From a bacterium (GTDB lineage Bacteria > Patescibacteriota > Patescibacteriia > UBA10025), in the NCBI GenBank assembly GCA_021815445.1, contig JAKAGM010000002.1, forward strand, positions 225,345 to 289,344: a stretch of 64,000 nucleotides of DNA, read 5' to 3'. The notes below the pieces were generated by a model. That model was given only the letters and a program-made list of their open reading frames with translations. It was not told the DNA's origin and searched no databases. Position 1 is the first letter of the stretch; the number at the start of each line of letters is the position of its first letter. Position numbers and translations under genes: made by a program. Below, one piece after another: positions 8,384-17,264 of this stretch.

Positions 8384-9055
8384 ATGAAGGCACGCTCCGT
8401 TATCGCCAAACTTAAGACTCACGCAAACGCCAAGAACGTTGCCGGTATGGCGAGGTTCGGCATCAACCCGCACACAACGCTTGGTGTTTCTATACCGGTG
8501 TTGCGAGGCATGGCCCGGGATATCGGGAAAGACCATGCGTTAGCCCGGCAACTTTGGAGCACGGGAATCCATGAAGCGCGTCTCCTTGCGGCGTTCGTCG
8601 AAGATCCGAAGCTGGTAACGCAGGCGCAGATGAATGTGTGGGTGGCGCAGTTCGACAGCTGGGACGTGTGCGACCAAGTGTGCAGTAATGTCTTCGACAA
8701 GACGCCATTCGCTATTCAAAAAGCCAAGGAGTGGGCACGGGACAGGCGAGAGTTTGTTCGGAGGGCTGGCTTTGTCCTTATGGCGTGTTTGGCTGTCCAT
8801 GACAAAAAGGCCGGCGACACAGTGTTTACAAGCTTTTTTCCGCTTATCAAAAGCATGTCAGTGGACGAGCGCAACTTCGTCAAAAAAGCTGTTAACTGGG
8901 CACTTCGACAGATTGGCAAAAGGAATGTAAGATTACAAAAAGCAGCTATCAAAGTCGCTGAAGACATTCTCAAAAAAGATTCGCCATCGGCTCGCTGGAT
9001 TGCCGCTGACGCGCTCCGTGAACTGCGTGCCAAAAAGTTCAAAAAGCATACCTAA
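8384..9055 (+). CDS. DNA alkylation repair enzyme (AlkD/AlkC-like HEAT-repeat glycosylase family)
   Basis: ARFGINPHTTLGVSIPVLRGMAR...WDVCDQVCSNVF matches DNA_alkylation family; start at internal ATG to avoid overlap with upstream ORF. Confidence 0.6.
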   Translation: MKARSVIAKLKTHANAKNVAGMARFGINPHTTLGVSIPVLRGMARDIGKDHALARQLWSTGIHEARLLAAFVEDPKLVTQAQMNVWVAQFDSWDVCDQVCSNVFDKTPFAIQKAKEWARDRREFVRRAGFVLMACLAVHDKKAGDTVFTSFFPLIKSMSVDERNFVKKAVNWALRQIGKRNVRLQKAAIKVAEDILKKDSPSARWIAADALRELRAKKFKKHT

Positions 9056-9058
9056 CCT

Positions 9059-9685
9059 ATGGGCATTACCGCATTTCTCATTCATTATTTTACCCTGATT
9101 ATTTCAGCAACAGGATACCCCGGCATTGCCTTGCTTATGGCGCTTGAGAGCATGGTGGCGCCCGTGCCGAGCGAGGCGGTGATGCCGTTTACGGGATTTT
9201 TGCTCTATGAACACAAAATGGCGCTGATTGGCATCATCATCGCGAGCACGCTGGGCAGTATCATCGGTTCCCTCATTTCATACTACATCGGCATGTACGG
9301 CGGGCGAGCAATCGTCAGGAAGTGGGGAAAGTTTCTTTTGCTTAATGAACACCATCTGGATCTCACGGAAAAGTTTTTTTCACGATATGGAGATAAGACC
9401 ATTTTTTTCAGCAGGTTCATCCCCGTCGTGCGGCACTTCATCTCGATCCCCGCGGGTGTGGGGGAAATGAAGGTATGGAAATTCACCGTCTATACCGCCG
9501 TCGGGGCGGCAATCTGGAATAGTTTCCTCATGTACGTGGGATATTATCTGGGCAGCAACTGGGAGTCGATCAGGAAATACAGCGAAATCATCGATATGGT
9601 CATTGTCGCAATGATTGTCGCCGCAGTGGTATATTTCTTTGTCCGCAGGCGCAAGGCTGTTTTACCGCCGGAGAATCCTTCGTAA
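9059..9685 (+). CDS. DedA family membrane protein (SNARE-associated/TVP38)
   Basis: YPGIALLMALESMVAPVPSE..GFLL and FIPVVRHFISIPAG motifs. Confidence 0.7.
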   Translation: MGITAFLIHYFTLIISATGYPGIALLMALESMVAPVPSEAVMPFTGFLLYEHKMALIGIIIASTLGSIIGSLISYYIGMYGGRAIVRKWGKFLLLNEHHLDLTEKFFSRYGDKTIFFSRFIPVVRHFISIPAGVGEMKVWKFTVYTAVGAAIWNSFLMYVGYYLGSNWESIRKYSEIIDMVIVAMIVAAVVYFFVRRRKAVLPPENPS

Positions 9686-9892
9686 AATACGGCAAACAGG
9701 CGGTGTGAGGCAAAGACAGTTTTCACGAACAGTCTAGACCCAACCCCTACCCCATTAATGAAGTTTTCACAAAGCAGTCCGCCAGTACTTCCGAATTCCC
9801 GGGTATGGGCTTCGCTCGGTTTTTTACAGTTGAGCCAGTCTCTTGCAGACTTTTGAGAGATAGGGTACGTTACAGACACCCACGCAGACACT

Positions 9893-11692
9893 ATGCCTCC
9901 ATTTTCAAGCTCTTCCCCAGTGGAAGAAATCAAATCCCGGATCGACATCGTTGACCTGATCCAGGAATATATCCAGCTCAAGCCGGGCGGGGCGAATTGG
10001 CGTGCCAATTGCCCCTTTCACCAGGAAAAAACGCCTTCGTTTATGGTATCCCGCGACAAGCAGATCTGGCATTGTTTCGGGTGCAACGAGGGCGGAGACA
10101 TTTTTACTTTTGTGCAAAAAATTGAAGGGATGGAATTTCCCGAAGCGCTGCGGGTCCTGGCAAAAAAAGCGAACGTCCAGCTCCCCTCATTCAACCCCGA
10201 GCTCCAAAATCAGAAGACACGGCTGCTTGACCTCATGAAGTCCGCCGTTCAATTTTACCAGGCGGCGCTCCAAGAGTCGGCGGACGGCAAGATTGCGCGG
10301 GAGTACCTGGCCCGTCGGGGCGTCAAAGCTGCCGCCGTAGAAACTTTCCAGCTCGGCTATTCCCCGGATGCATGGAGCAAGCTGAACACATACTTAGTTC
10401 AACAGCATTTCACCGACCAGGAAATATTTCTTGCCGGCCTTACCATCAAACGCGAGAGGGGGCAGGGATACTATGACAGATTCCGCGGCCGGTTGATGTT
10501 TCCGCTCCGGGATATCCACGGCAACGTGATCGGCTTCGGCGCGAGGAAACTCAAAGAGGACGACGACTCCGCGAAGTATATTAATTCCCCGCAGTCCGCC
10601 ATTTATGACAAGGGCGGTTTTCTCTACGGTCTCGACCAGGCAAAGCAGTTTATCCGCGAGCAGAAGGTCGCCGTCATCGTCGAGGGCTATATGGATGCCA
10701 TCGCGTCGCACCAAGCCGGTGTCTGCAACGTCGTCGCCTCTTCGGGTACAGCCCTGACTGACCGGCAGGTCAAGCTGCTGAAACGGTTTACCGCGACCGT
10801 CGCCCTGGCTTTTGACGCCGACCTCGCAGGCATGGACGCGTCCCAGCGGGGCATCGATATAGCCTTGCGAGAAGAAATGGACGTCAAAGTCATCACCCTT
10901 CCTTTCGGCAAGGATCCCGATGAGCTGATTGCCAAAGATCCTTCCGCATGGAGCAAGGCAGTCGGCGCTTCGCAAGGGATCATGGAGTATACTTTTGACC
11001 GTGCGACGAAAGGCAAAGACCTCACCCAGCTCGCGCATAAGAAAGAGCTCGTGCGGGCGATCCTGAGGGCGCTTTCACAGCTTCCCGATCCCATTGAGCA
11101 GGTACATTATCTTCAGAAGCTCTCGGCAATCGTCGGCGTCGATGAGCAGGTATTGCGCGAAAAATTCGCGGTACTGCAGGGCAAAAAAAAGTCCGTCGTC
11201 ACCGCAAAAACCGTCCCTGAGGCCCGCCAACCGCAATCGCGTCTCAACGCATATGCCGAAAGGCTTATTTCCGGCCTTCTCAAAGACCCTTCCTCGCTGA
11301 GCGAGGTGATGGCGCAGTTGACGCCGGAGGTGTTCGAGGACCCCCATTATCGCGAGCTTTACAACAGGCTCATCCTTGCGTATACTTCAAATAATACCTT
11401 TGATCTCAATGCATTCACCGAAGAGGTCAAGAAGAACGACCCACAGGCAGCGGACTCTGTAGCCCTCTTGCTTATGCGTGCTGAGCGCGAGTTCGAAGAC
11501 CTCGGGGAAGAGGCTTTCCGCAAAGATATTATCGCTACGTCACAGCTGCTCCTGCGGGAATTCTTGTCCCGGGAAGTCCAGCGCGTCTCGCAGCATATCG
11601 GAGAAGCCGAGCGCCGCGGCGACAGCCAGGAAATGAGCCGGCTGACAACCGCTCATCGCGTGCTGACCGACAAGCTGGTTAAACTTTCCTAA
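9893..11692 (+). CDS. dnaG: DNA primase DnaG
   Basis: CHC2 zinc finger CPFHQEKTPSF..HCFGCNEGGD, TOPRIM VIVEGYMDAIA, followed by rpoD. Confidence 0.9.
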   Translation: MPPFSSSSPVEEIKSRIDIVDLIQEYIQLKPGGANWRANCPFHQEKTPSFMVSRDKQIWHCFGCNEGGDIFTFVQKIEGMEFPEALRVLAKKANVQLPSFNPELQNQKTRLLDLMKSAVQFYQAALQESADGKIAREYLARRGVKAAAVETFQLGYSPDAWSKLNTYLVQQHFTDQEIFLAGLTIKRERGQGYYDRFRGRLMFPLRDIHGNVIGFGARKLKEDDDSAKYINSPQSAIYDKGGFLYGLDQAKQFIREQKVAVIVEGYMDAIASHQAGVCNVVASSGTALTDRQVKLLKRFTATVALAFDADLAGMDASQRGIDIALREEMDVKVITLPFGKDPDELIAKDPSAWSKAVGASQGIMEYTFDRATKGKDLTQLAHKKELVRAILRALSQLPDPIEQVHYLQKLSAIVGVDEQVLREKFAVLQGKKKSVVTAKTVPEARQPQSRLNAYAERLISGLLKDPSSLSEVMAQLTPEVFEDPHYRELYNRLILAYTSNNTFDLNAFTEEVKKNDPQAADSVALLLMRAEREFEDLGEEAFRKDIIATSQLLLREFLSREVQRVSQHIGEAERRGDSQEMSRLTTAHRVLTDKLVKLS

Positions 11693-11749
11693 GCACGCTC
11701 AGGCCGTGACCCTCTCCATTCGTTTTCATTATGTTTCTTTATCATAGGC

Positions 11750-12943
11750 ATGACGAGTATCATGAAGAAAAAAAAGCGCATAGAGAAAAAACCGCCAAAA
11801 ACTAAAAAGCAGACACCGAGGAAAGCCAGACAGCGAAAAGCCGAGGTTGAAACGATCCCGGAGGACGTAATCCGCAAACTCATCCAAAAAGGACGGTCGC
11901 GGGGATTTATCACCGAGACTGAAATTCTCTACGCGCTTCCCGATGTCGAGGAACACCTCCTCGAGTATGAGGAACTTCTCGACACGTTCGAGCATGTGGG
12001 CATCCAGGTCGTCGAGCACCAGGCGTCTCTTATCAATCTCCCTGAGCCCGTAGAGGTGGAAAAGAAAAAAGGAAAGAAAAAAGCCGCCGATGCCCGTTAC
12101 CTCGACCTTTCTGACATCTCAAACGATTCTATACAGATGTATCTCAGGGAAATCGGCAAGGTGCCTCTCTTAAATGCGGAAGAAGAGGTCTCGCTGGCAA
12201 AGCGGAAAGATCGCGGAGAAGTCGAAGCAAAAAAGAAACTTGTCGAAGCCAACCTCCGCCTTGTCGTAAGTATCGCAAAGAAATTCACCGGCAGGTCGCT
12301 CTCTCTCCTTGATCTTATCCAGGAGGGCAACATCGGCCTGTTCAGAGCCGTCGAGAAATTTGATTACCGCAAGGGCTACAAATTTTCCACCTATGCCACG
12401 TGGTGGATCCGCCAGGCGATCACCCGTTCGCTTGCCGACCAATCACGGACTATCCGCATTCCCGTCCACATGGTAGAGACGATTAACAAATTCCAGCAGG
12501 TAGAGCGCCAGCTCATCCAGGACCTGGGCCGGGAGCCGCTCCCAGAGGAAATTGCCGCTGAGATGGGCGAGGAGGTTGACAAAATCCACCATATCATTAA
12601 GATTTCACAAGACACCGTCTCCCTCGAAACCTCTGTCGGCGACAGCGATGACGAGGATTCGGTTCTCGGCGACTTCATCGAAGACGTCAAATCAATGACG
12701 CCTGATCGCGTCGCCGCCATGCAACTCCTCAAAGACCACGTGCAGGGGATTATCCAGGAACTTTCACCGCGTGAGCAGAAGATTCTCGAAATGCGCTTCG
12801 GACTGATCGACGGCGTCGCGCATACCCTCGAGGAAGTCGGCCATGAATTCGGCGTCACCCGGGAGCGCATCCGCCAGATTGAAGCCAAGGCGCTCGAGAA
12901 GATTGAGGAGCATGAGGGCATGAAGCGGCTAAAGGATTACTAG
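11750..12943 (+). CDS. rpoD: RNA polymerase sigma factor RpoD (sigma-70)
   Basis: Region 2 [39 protein letters not shown], region 4 HTH; conserved dnaG-rpoD order. Confidence 0.9.
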   Translation: MTSIMKKKKRIEKKPPKTKKQTPRKARQRKAEVETIPEDVIRKLIQKGRSRGFITETEILYALPDVEEHLLEYEELLDTFEHVGIQVVEHQASLINLPEPVEVEKKKGKKKAADARYLDLSDISNDSIQMYLREIGKVPLLNAEEEVSLAKRKDRGEVEAKKKLVEANLRLVVSIAKKFTGRSLSLLDLIQEGNIGLFRAVEKFDYRKGYKFSTYATWWIRQAITRSLADQSRTIRIPVHMVETINKFQQVERQLIQDLGREPLPEEIAAEMGEEVDKIHHIIKISQDTVSLETSVGDSDDEDSVLGDFIEDVKSMTPDRVAAMQLLKDHVQGIIQELSPREQKILEMRFGLIDGVAHTLEEVGHEFGVTRERIRQIEAKALEKIEEHEGMKRLKDY

Positions 12944-12964
12944 ATAGCATGTAGCATAGCGCTC

Positions 12965-13297
12965 ATGGCAGGAAAAGATAAAAGAAAGTACAAGGATCGG
13001 GCAGTATATCTGATTCAAGCCGTCACGCGGAGGAGAAAGAGGGTCCGACAGATGGCCCTCGAGCACAAAGGCGCGAAGTGTGAAATCTGCGGATATCGAC
13101 GATGCCCTGAAGCCCTTGAATTCCATCACCGATCCGGAAAAAAAGATTTTGGAATTTCACAAAAAGGATACACGAGGAGCTGGGAAAGGGTAAGAGCGGA
13201 ATTGAATAAATGCGTGCTTGTATGTGCTAACTGCCACCGGGAAATACATACAGGACTTGTCCGACTTCCAAAAATAAGGAAACAGACCGTAAATTAA
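12965..13297 (+). CDS. HNH endonuclease
   Basis: CEICGY..FHHRSGKKDF...CANCHREIH HNH motif with zinc-binding Cys pairs. Confidence 0.65.
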   Translation: MAGKDKRKYKDRAVYLIQAVTRRRKRVRQMALEHKGAKCEICGYRRCPEALEFHHRSGKKDFGISQKGYTRSWERVRAELNKCVLVCANCHREIHTGLVRLPKIRKQTVN

Positions 13298-13314
13298 TAA
13301 GTTACGCGCTGCGC

Positions 13315-13604
13315 TCCGGAGTAGCTCAATGGTTAGAGCAACCGGCTGTGAACTTTAAACGCAGCTCCCGACGGAAACGTCTGGATGAACTCTCCGGGAT
13401 AACGGTGAAGGCTAAGTGCAAATGTAATTTGGATACGCTAACACCGTGGGAACCCACCTGCGCTAAAGCTTCGGTGGGGCGCCGTAGAGACTAGATACCG
13501 GAGTACCCAAAAAGCAATATGGGTAAAGATATAGTCCGTGCCGTATGGAAACATATGGAGTATACGTAACCGGTAGGTTGTCGGTTCGAGTCCGACCTCC
13601 GGAG
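13315..13604 (+). tRNA. tRNA-Asn (anticodon GUU) interrupted by a group I intron in the anticodon loop (exons 13315-13349 and 13567-13604)
   Basis: Acceptor TCCGGAG/CTCCGGA, D-arm GCTC-AATGGTTA-GAGC, anticodon stem ACCGG/CCGGT, spliced loop CTGT|TAA, variable AGGTT, T-arm GTCGG-TTCGAGT-CCGAC, discriminator G. Confidence 0.7.
13350..13566 (+). ncRNA. Group I self-splicing intron (no ORF) within tRNA-Asn anticodon loop
   Basis: 5' exon ends in U (GCUGU) that can pair with internal guide GCAGC at intron 5' end (U-G wobble), conserved R-like GAGACUAGA and S element AAGAUAUAGUCC forming P7, terminal G before 3' exon. Confidence 0.7.
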
Positions 13605-13696
13605 CATAGCGCGTAATAAAAATAGAGCATGACCCGAGAATCCCGAGGGTCAGTTTTAGGTATCTTAATTAATCATTCTTATGTGTATATACTATT

Positions 13697-13793
13697 GACC
13701 CCGTTAGAAAAATTAGAATATTAACCTTGAATATAAGGAGAATGGTTTTCATAACTAGCATTTAACAGTTAATTAATTTTTCTAATGGGGTTG
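13697..13793. repeat. Imperfect inverted repeat (~19 bp arms, ~58 bp spacer) in AT-rich intergenic region
   Basis: TTGACCCCGTTAGAAAAATTA ... TAATTTTTCTAATGGGGTTGAC. Confidence 0.4.
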
Positions 13794-13819
13794 ACTATTT
13801 TAATAAAATCATTTATACT
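13791..13819 (+). promoter_or_regulatory. Sigma-70-like promoter upstream of ABC exporter
   Basis: TTGACT - 17 nt - TATACT, about 130 nt upstream of the 13948 start. Confidence 0.4.
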
Positions 13820-13947
13820 CTTGAGCATCATGAAATATTCATTATTTGTTTTATCAGCGAATGAACAGCTACACCGACCGGCGTGATTGGCATATTCCTT
13901 TATTGCAGAAACTTCCCGCCGATCAAGCGGGATTTTTATTTTAAAAT

Positions 13948-15708
13948 ATGAAGCAAAATACCCGACAAACGTTGCACATGTACTGGCAGAGCGTCTGGAA
14001 ATATAAGACGAGTCTTTCGTTTTCCCTGGTGACTATTGTCGGCGCATCGGTGTTGAATGTCCTTACGCCGTTATATTACAAAAAGTTTTTTGACGGCTTG
14101 GCCGGCGGACGATTTGGTGACTCCATTGTTCAACACCTGATTTCTATTTTGGTGATTATCGCCGGTCTCCGCATGGCGCAGTGGGTCTGCTGGCGGATTG
14201 CCACCTTCACGGCAAATTATTTTGAATCAAAGGCCATGACCGACCTGACGAATTATTGTTTTGCGTTTTTGCACAGGCACTCTTTCAGCTTTTTTAACGA
14301 TAATTTCGTCGGTTCCCTGGTCAAGAAAGTTAAATGGTTCGGCCGTTCGTTCGAAATTATCGCTGACCGCCTGTTGTGGAATCTCCTGCCCTTGGTGGTG
14401 AATATCGGCGTGATTATTATTGTCCTTTTCCGGCGGAGTACGGGCTTGGGCTTCGGGGTCGTGGTATGGGTGGTCGTTTTCCTGGTCATCAACAGTCTGT
14501 TCGTCAGGTACAAGCTGAAATATGATCTTAAGCGGAGCCTGGCGGAAACTGAATCAACGGGTTTTTTATCTGACTCCGTCACGAACCACAGCACGGTTAA
14601 GCTTTTTGGCGGGTACTTGCGCGAGATCGCCGGTTTCGCAGGCATCAACGAGAAACTTCGGCTTCTCAGGAAGCTGACCTGGGACCTGGGATCATTTTTT
14701 GAGGCCGTGCAGGGATTTTTGATGATTTTTTTAGAGGTGGCAATCTTTTATTTTGCCATCGGCTTATGGAAAAAAGGGCTGCTCACTATCGGCGATTTTG
14801 TCCTCATCCAGGTGTATTTGATAAACATTTTTGACCGGGTGTGGGACTTCGGCAAATTTATCCGTCAGATATATGAGAGCTTGGCCGATGCGGACGAAAT
14901 GACGGAGATTCTCCGGAGACCGCTGGAAGTGCAGGATATGCCCGGAGCAGGAGAATTGTCGGTTACGGGCGGACGGATTGTATTCAAAAAGGTTGATTTC
15001 TACTATCGCCGGGCGCGTGAAATTTTTTCAGGATTCAACCTGGAAATCGCATCGCATGAACGCGTGGCTATCGTCGGTTCATCGGGCGCTGGGAAGACCA
15101 CGCTGGTAAAAATGCTGCTGCGCCTGCACGATATCGGCGCCGGCGCCATTACGATTGACGATCAGGACGTGGCCAGGGTTACCCAGGAGAGCTTGCACCG
15201 GAGTATCGGCCTGGTGCCCCAGGATCCCATACTTTTTCATCGCAGTTTGATGGAAAACATCCGCTACGGGCGGCCCGAGGCGACTGACGCGGAGGTGATG
15301 GCCGCGGCACGGGCTGCGCATTGCCACGAGTTCATTTCCGGAATTCCTGAAGGTTACAATACGTACGTCGGTGAACGCGGGATCAAATTATCCAGCGGCG
15401 AGCGCCAGCGGGTGGCTATCGCCCGGGCAATCCTCTACAATGCGCCGATTCTGATTTTGGATGAGGCGACCTCCAGTCTGGACTCCGAGTCGGAGCGGCT
15501 GATTCAGGACGCGCTGGAAACATTAATGAAGGGTAAAACGGTGATTGCCATCGCTCACCGCCTTTCCACCATAAAAAAAATGGACCGTATCATCGTGATT
15601 GAGAACGGGGAAATTGCAGAGCAGGGGACTCACGCCGCGCTCATCCGGCGGCAGGCGGGAGCGTACAAGCATTTATGGGGATTGCAGGCGGGCGGATTCA
15701 TCCAGTAA
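13948..15708 (+). CDS. ABC transporter, fused permease/ATP-binding protein (MsbA-like exporter)
   Basis: Six N-terminal TM helices, Walker A GSSGAGKTT, signature LSSGERQRVAIARA, Walker B ILILDEATS. Confidence 0.85.
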   Translation: MKQNTRQTLHMYWQSVWKYKTSLSFSLVTIVGASVLNVLTPLYYKKFFDGLAGGRFGDSIVQHLISILVIIAGLRMAQWVCWRIATFTANYFESKAMTDLTNYCFAFLHRHSFSFFNDNFVGSLVKKVKWFGRSFEIIADRLLWNLLPLVVNIGVIIIVLFRRSTGLGFGVVVWVVVFLVINSLFVRYKLKYDLKRSLAETESTGFLSDSVTNHSTVKLFGGYLREIAGFAGINEKLRLLRKLTWDLGSFFEAVQGFLMIFLEVAIFYFAIGLWKKGLLTIGDFVLIQVYLINIFDRVWDFGKFIRQIYESLADADEMTEILRRPLEVQDMPGAGELSVTGGRIVFKKVDFYYRRAREIFSGFNLEIASHERVAIVGSSGAGKTTLVKMLLRLHDIGAGAITIDDQDVARVTQESLHRSIGLVPQDPILFHRSLMENIRYGRPEATDAEVMAAARAAHCHEFISGIPEGYNTYVGERGIKLSSGERQRVAIARAILYNAPILILDEATSSLDSESERLIQDALETLMKGKTVIAIAHRLSTIKKMDRIIVIENGEIAEQGTHAALIRRQAGAYKHLWGLQAGGFIQ

Positions 15709-15810
15709 CCTTCGGTGGTAGGCGCTATGCAGGTGCGCAATAACGAACTGCACTCAACGACGTACTTTACCTGAGGTTCACAGTCGGTACGATAGCAGGA
15801 TCTGGCAGCA

Positions 15811-16452
15811 TTACTCAGTTTTTTTGCTGTTGTTTTTTTCAGCAACTACGACCAGGGTCATGCCTTTTGTGAGAAGTGACGTAAAAGCAGTTTCATGGAT
15901 CTGTATTTCACAGCCGCTAAGGTAGTTCTCAAGCTGTTTTTTAGTATATCTGTAAATGCTGATTTTTTGTTCCCTGCGGGCAGCTAAAGCATAGATAGCG
16001 GACCATATGCCCTTTTGCGGCGCCGTAAAAATCACGGTTTTCTTGGCTAGTCCGAGACACCGTTCAAGAAAGTTTTTCCCGTCCCGCACATAGTCGAGGA
16101 CGCCAATGGCAACGACATGGTCAAATGTCGATTTCGAATGGTAATTTTCAAAGCTTGAAGTAATGATGCGAATATTTCCTATTGCCTCCGCGCTGATTTT
16201 TTTCTCCAAAAAATTTGACATGGCGGCGGAGGGTTCCAGCGCGACCAACGATTGAACTCTTTTCGCCATATTCATGGAATAATGGCCTGTTCCGGAGCCA
16301 ATTTCCAAAACAGTATCGTTCACGCGCAAATACTTCTCAAATAGATTGTTGAGTATTTGGGATTCCTTTTTGCGCACCGTTTTGATTATCGGAAAGCCGA
16401 GGAGCCTGTCGTACTCCTGGGCTGTTGTGTGCTCCAAAAAAGGGTTATTCAT
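15811..16452 (-). CDS. Class I SAM-dependent methyltransferase
   Basis: Motif I VLEIGSGTGHYS. Confidence 0.65.
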   Translation of the reverse strand: MNNPFLEHTTAQEYDRLLGFPIIKTVRKKESQILNNLFEKYLRVNDTVLEIGSGTGHYSMNMAKRVQSLVALEPSAAMSNFLEKKISAEAIGNIRIITSSFENYHSKSTFDHVVAIGVLDYVRDGKNFLERCLGLAKKTVIFTAPQKGIWSAIYALAARREQKISIYRYTKKQLENYLSGCEIQIHETAFTSLLTKGMTLVVVAEKNNSKKTE

Positions 16453-16601
16453 ATGCTTATTGTACAGTAAAAGTGGCCGGCCTCAAAACTTTTCGCAATC
16501 CCTTCAAAAAGCTCTTATCCGTAACGATGAGTCCGGCTCATTCGCGGAACGGTTATTCAAGGGGGATTGCCTTTTTGTTCGAAATACGAAACACTATTCT
16601 C

Positions 16602-17132
16602 ATGACTGATATCAGACCAGCACCTGAAGACTACCAACATATCAAAGAGAAAATTATCGGCTATCTTGCCCGCCAAGGATTTTCGGAACGGAAATTATTA
16701 CAAAAAGTTACCGATCTGAAACGGCGGTATCCGCATGTCAGGCGCTACCGCTTTTATACCCCCGCGCACGTGCGAATGGTCCTCGACGAGCTGAAGGCCA
16801 TGGGTCTCGTCGATGACATGAAATATGCCAGGGAAGTATTGCGGCAGTTGCGGGACGGGCAAAACGGCCTATACCGGATTAAAGACAAGATGTTCCGTCG
16901 GCTCATTCCGACTGCCATCATTAATGCGGTACTGCGGGAGTGGAAGGAATCCGGGGAAGGACAGGATTATACGGCAATCATCAGGGAGACAAAAAGAAAA
17001 AATAGCCGGCTCAAAGAAAAACATCCGTCGCCGAATGAACACTACATCGTGAAAAGGAAACTCTACGCATTCCTCGGACAAAAAGGATACGGGTCGGATG
17101 AGATCAGGGAAATACTCCGCCAGTCAAGTTAA
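16602..17132 (+). CDS. RecX-like regulatory protein (tentative)
   Basis: Repeated helical modules IIGYLARQGFSERKLLQKV and LYAFLGQKGYGSDEIREIL resembling RecX repeats; start at MTDIRP to avoid overlap. Confidence 0.35.
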   Translation: MTDIRPAPEDYQHIKEKIIGYLARQGFSERKLLQKVTDLKRRYPHVRRYRFYTPAHVRMVLDELKAMGLVDDMKYAREVLRQLRDGQNGLYRIKDKMFRRLIPTAIINAVLREWKESGEGQDYTAIIRETKRKNSRLKEKHPSPNEHYIVKRKLYAFLGQKGYGSDEIREILRQSS

Positions 17133-17264
17133 CTGCTTCAGAAAGAGGCGGAACCCTCTATTGATGCGGCATCCAGGCATGTATCAAAAGGTGAGGGAGC
17201 CCTGCAGAGTTCCGGAATTTTTGCTATACTCTATCAACTAAAAAAACTTTTAGACTCCATTGCT

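Noticed and set aside
10394-11094. 214-aa and 135-aa minus-strand ORFs within dnaG
   Set aside because: Antisense to a high-confidence primase gene; no motifs.
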